This document shows, one piece after another, positions 63,561 through 64,000 of a stretch of 64,000 bases of DNA. Origin of the DNA: Deltaproteobacteria bacterium (lineage in GTDB: Bacteria; Desulfobacterota; Binatia; UBA12015); the NCBI GenBank assembly GCA_046583355.1, contig JAYGCM010000004.1:20232-84231 (forward strand). Reading direction: 5' to 3'. Each line of letters starts with the position of its first letter. Positions within the stretch are counted from its first letter, which is position 1. Made by a program: the position numbers and the translations under genes. The notes under the pieces are model-generated. The model was not told where the DNA came from, ran no database searches, and saw only the letters and a program-made list of their open reading frames with translations.

Positions 63561-63985
63561 AGGCGCGAATACCAGAAATTTCCGTCTTGATTCCGAGCTA
63601 TAACCACGCCGCCTGGGTCGTGGAAGCTGTGCAGAGCGTGCTCGTACAGAAGGGCGTCGGATTCGAAATCGTGGTGGTGGACGATGGCTCGAGCGACGAC
63701 TCGGTAGATCGCCTGCGCGCAATCCAGGACCCGCGCCTCTCGCTGATCGTGCAGGAGAACCGAGGCTTGTCGCGCGCGCTCAACCGCGCACTCGCCGCGG
63801 CCCGCGGGAAGTGGGTCAAATTCCTGCCTTCCGATGATCTTCTCCTGCCGGGTTGCCTGCAGGCGCAGGCAGCCGAGGTCGAGGGCTGTGTTGCGGTATT
63901 CTGTCGCCCGGAAGTTGTCGACGGCGCGCTGCGGCCGCTGAGCTGTCCCAAGACAGATTGGAGGCAGAATTTGCGGAGAAAGTGA
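63557..63985 (+). CDS. Glycosyltransferase family 2, apparently truncated
   Basis: IPSYNH, VDDGS, NRGLSRALN, SDD; stops after 142 aa. Confidence 0.7.
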   Translation: MKARIPEISVLIPSYNHAAWVVEAVQSVLVQKGVGFEIVVVDDGSSDDSVDRLRAIQDPRLSLIVQENRGLSRALNRALAAARGKWVKFLPSDDLLLPGCLQAQAAEVEGCVAVFCRPEVVDGALRPLSCPKTDWRQNLRRK

Positions 63986-64000
63986 GTGGGTTGAGAGGGT

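Overview
High-GC bacterial chromosome window, almost all on the + strand; the gene content suggests a deltaproteobacteria-like or Binatia-like diderm (inference). (1) 1-33.6 kb: partial lptF (minus strand), an rlmB/TrmH methylase, five tRNAs, and the joined secE-nusG-rplKAJL-rpoBC, str, S10, spc and alpha ribosomal clusters. tufB, rpmG, infA and the L10/S10 leaders are missing from their usual positions. NusG carries a ~32-aa helical insert and RNAP beta' carries a Lys/Ala-rich histone-H1-like insert. (2) 33.7-51.4 kb: a tightly packed run argS-SPOR-trpEGDCFBA-folC-lptD-GT2-cupin-gmd-rmd-wzt-wzm. (3) 51.5-64 kb: a lone GspE ATPase, glycosyltransferases, a small lipoprotein plus a secreted acidic 480-aa putative S-layer protein with its own terminator, a parvulin foldase, a second Wzt, wecB, more GTs, and a final GT2 that looks truncated. 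The best candidate for an undescribed system is the 47-64 kb locus, which reads as a combined S-layer secretion/folding and D-rhamnose-type glycan export module. All calls come from motif reading; no searches were run.
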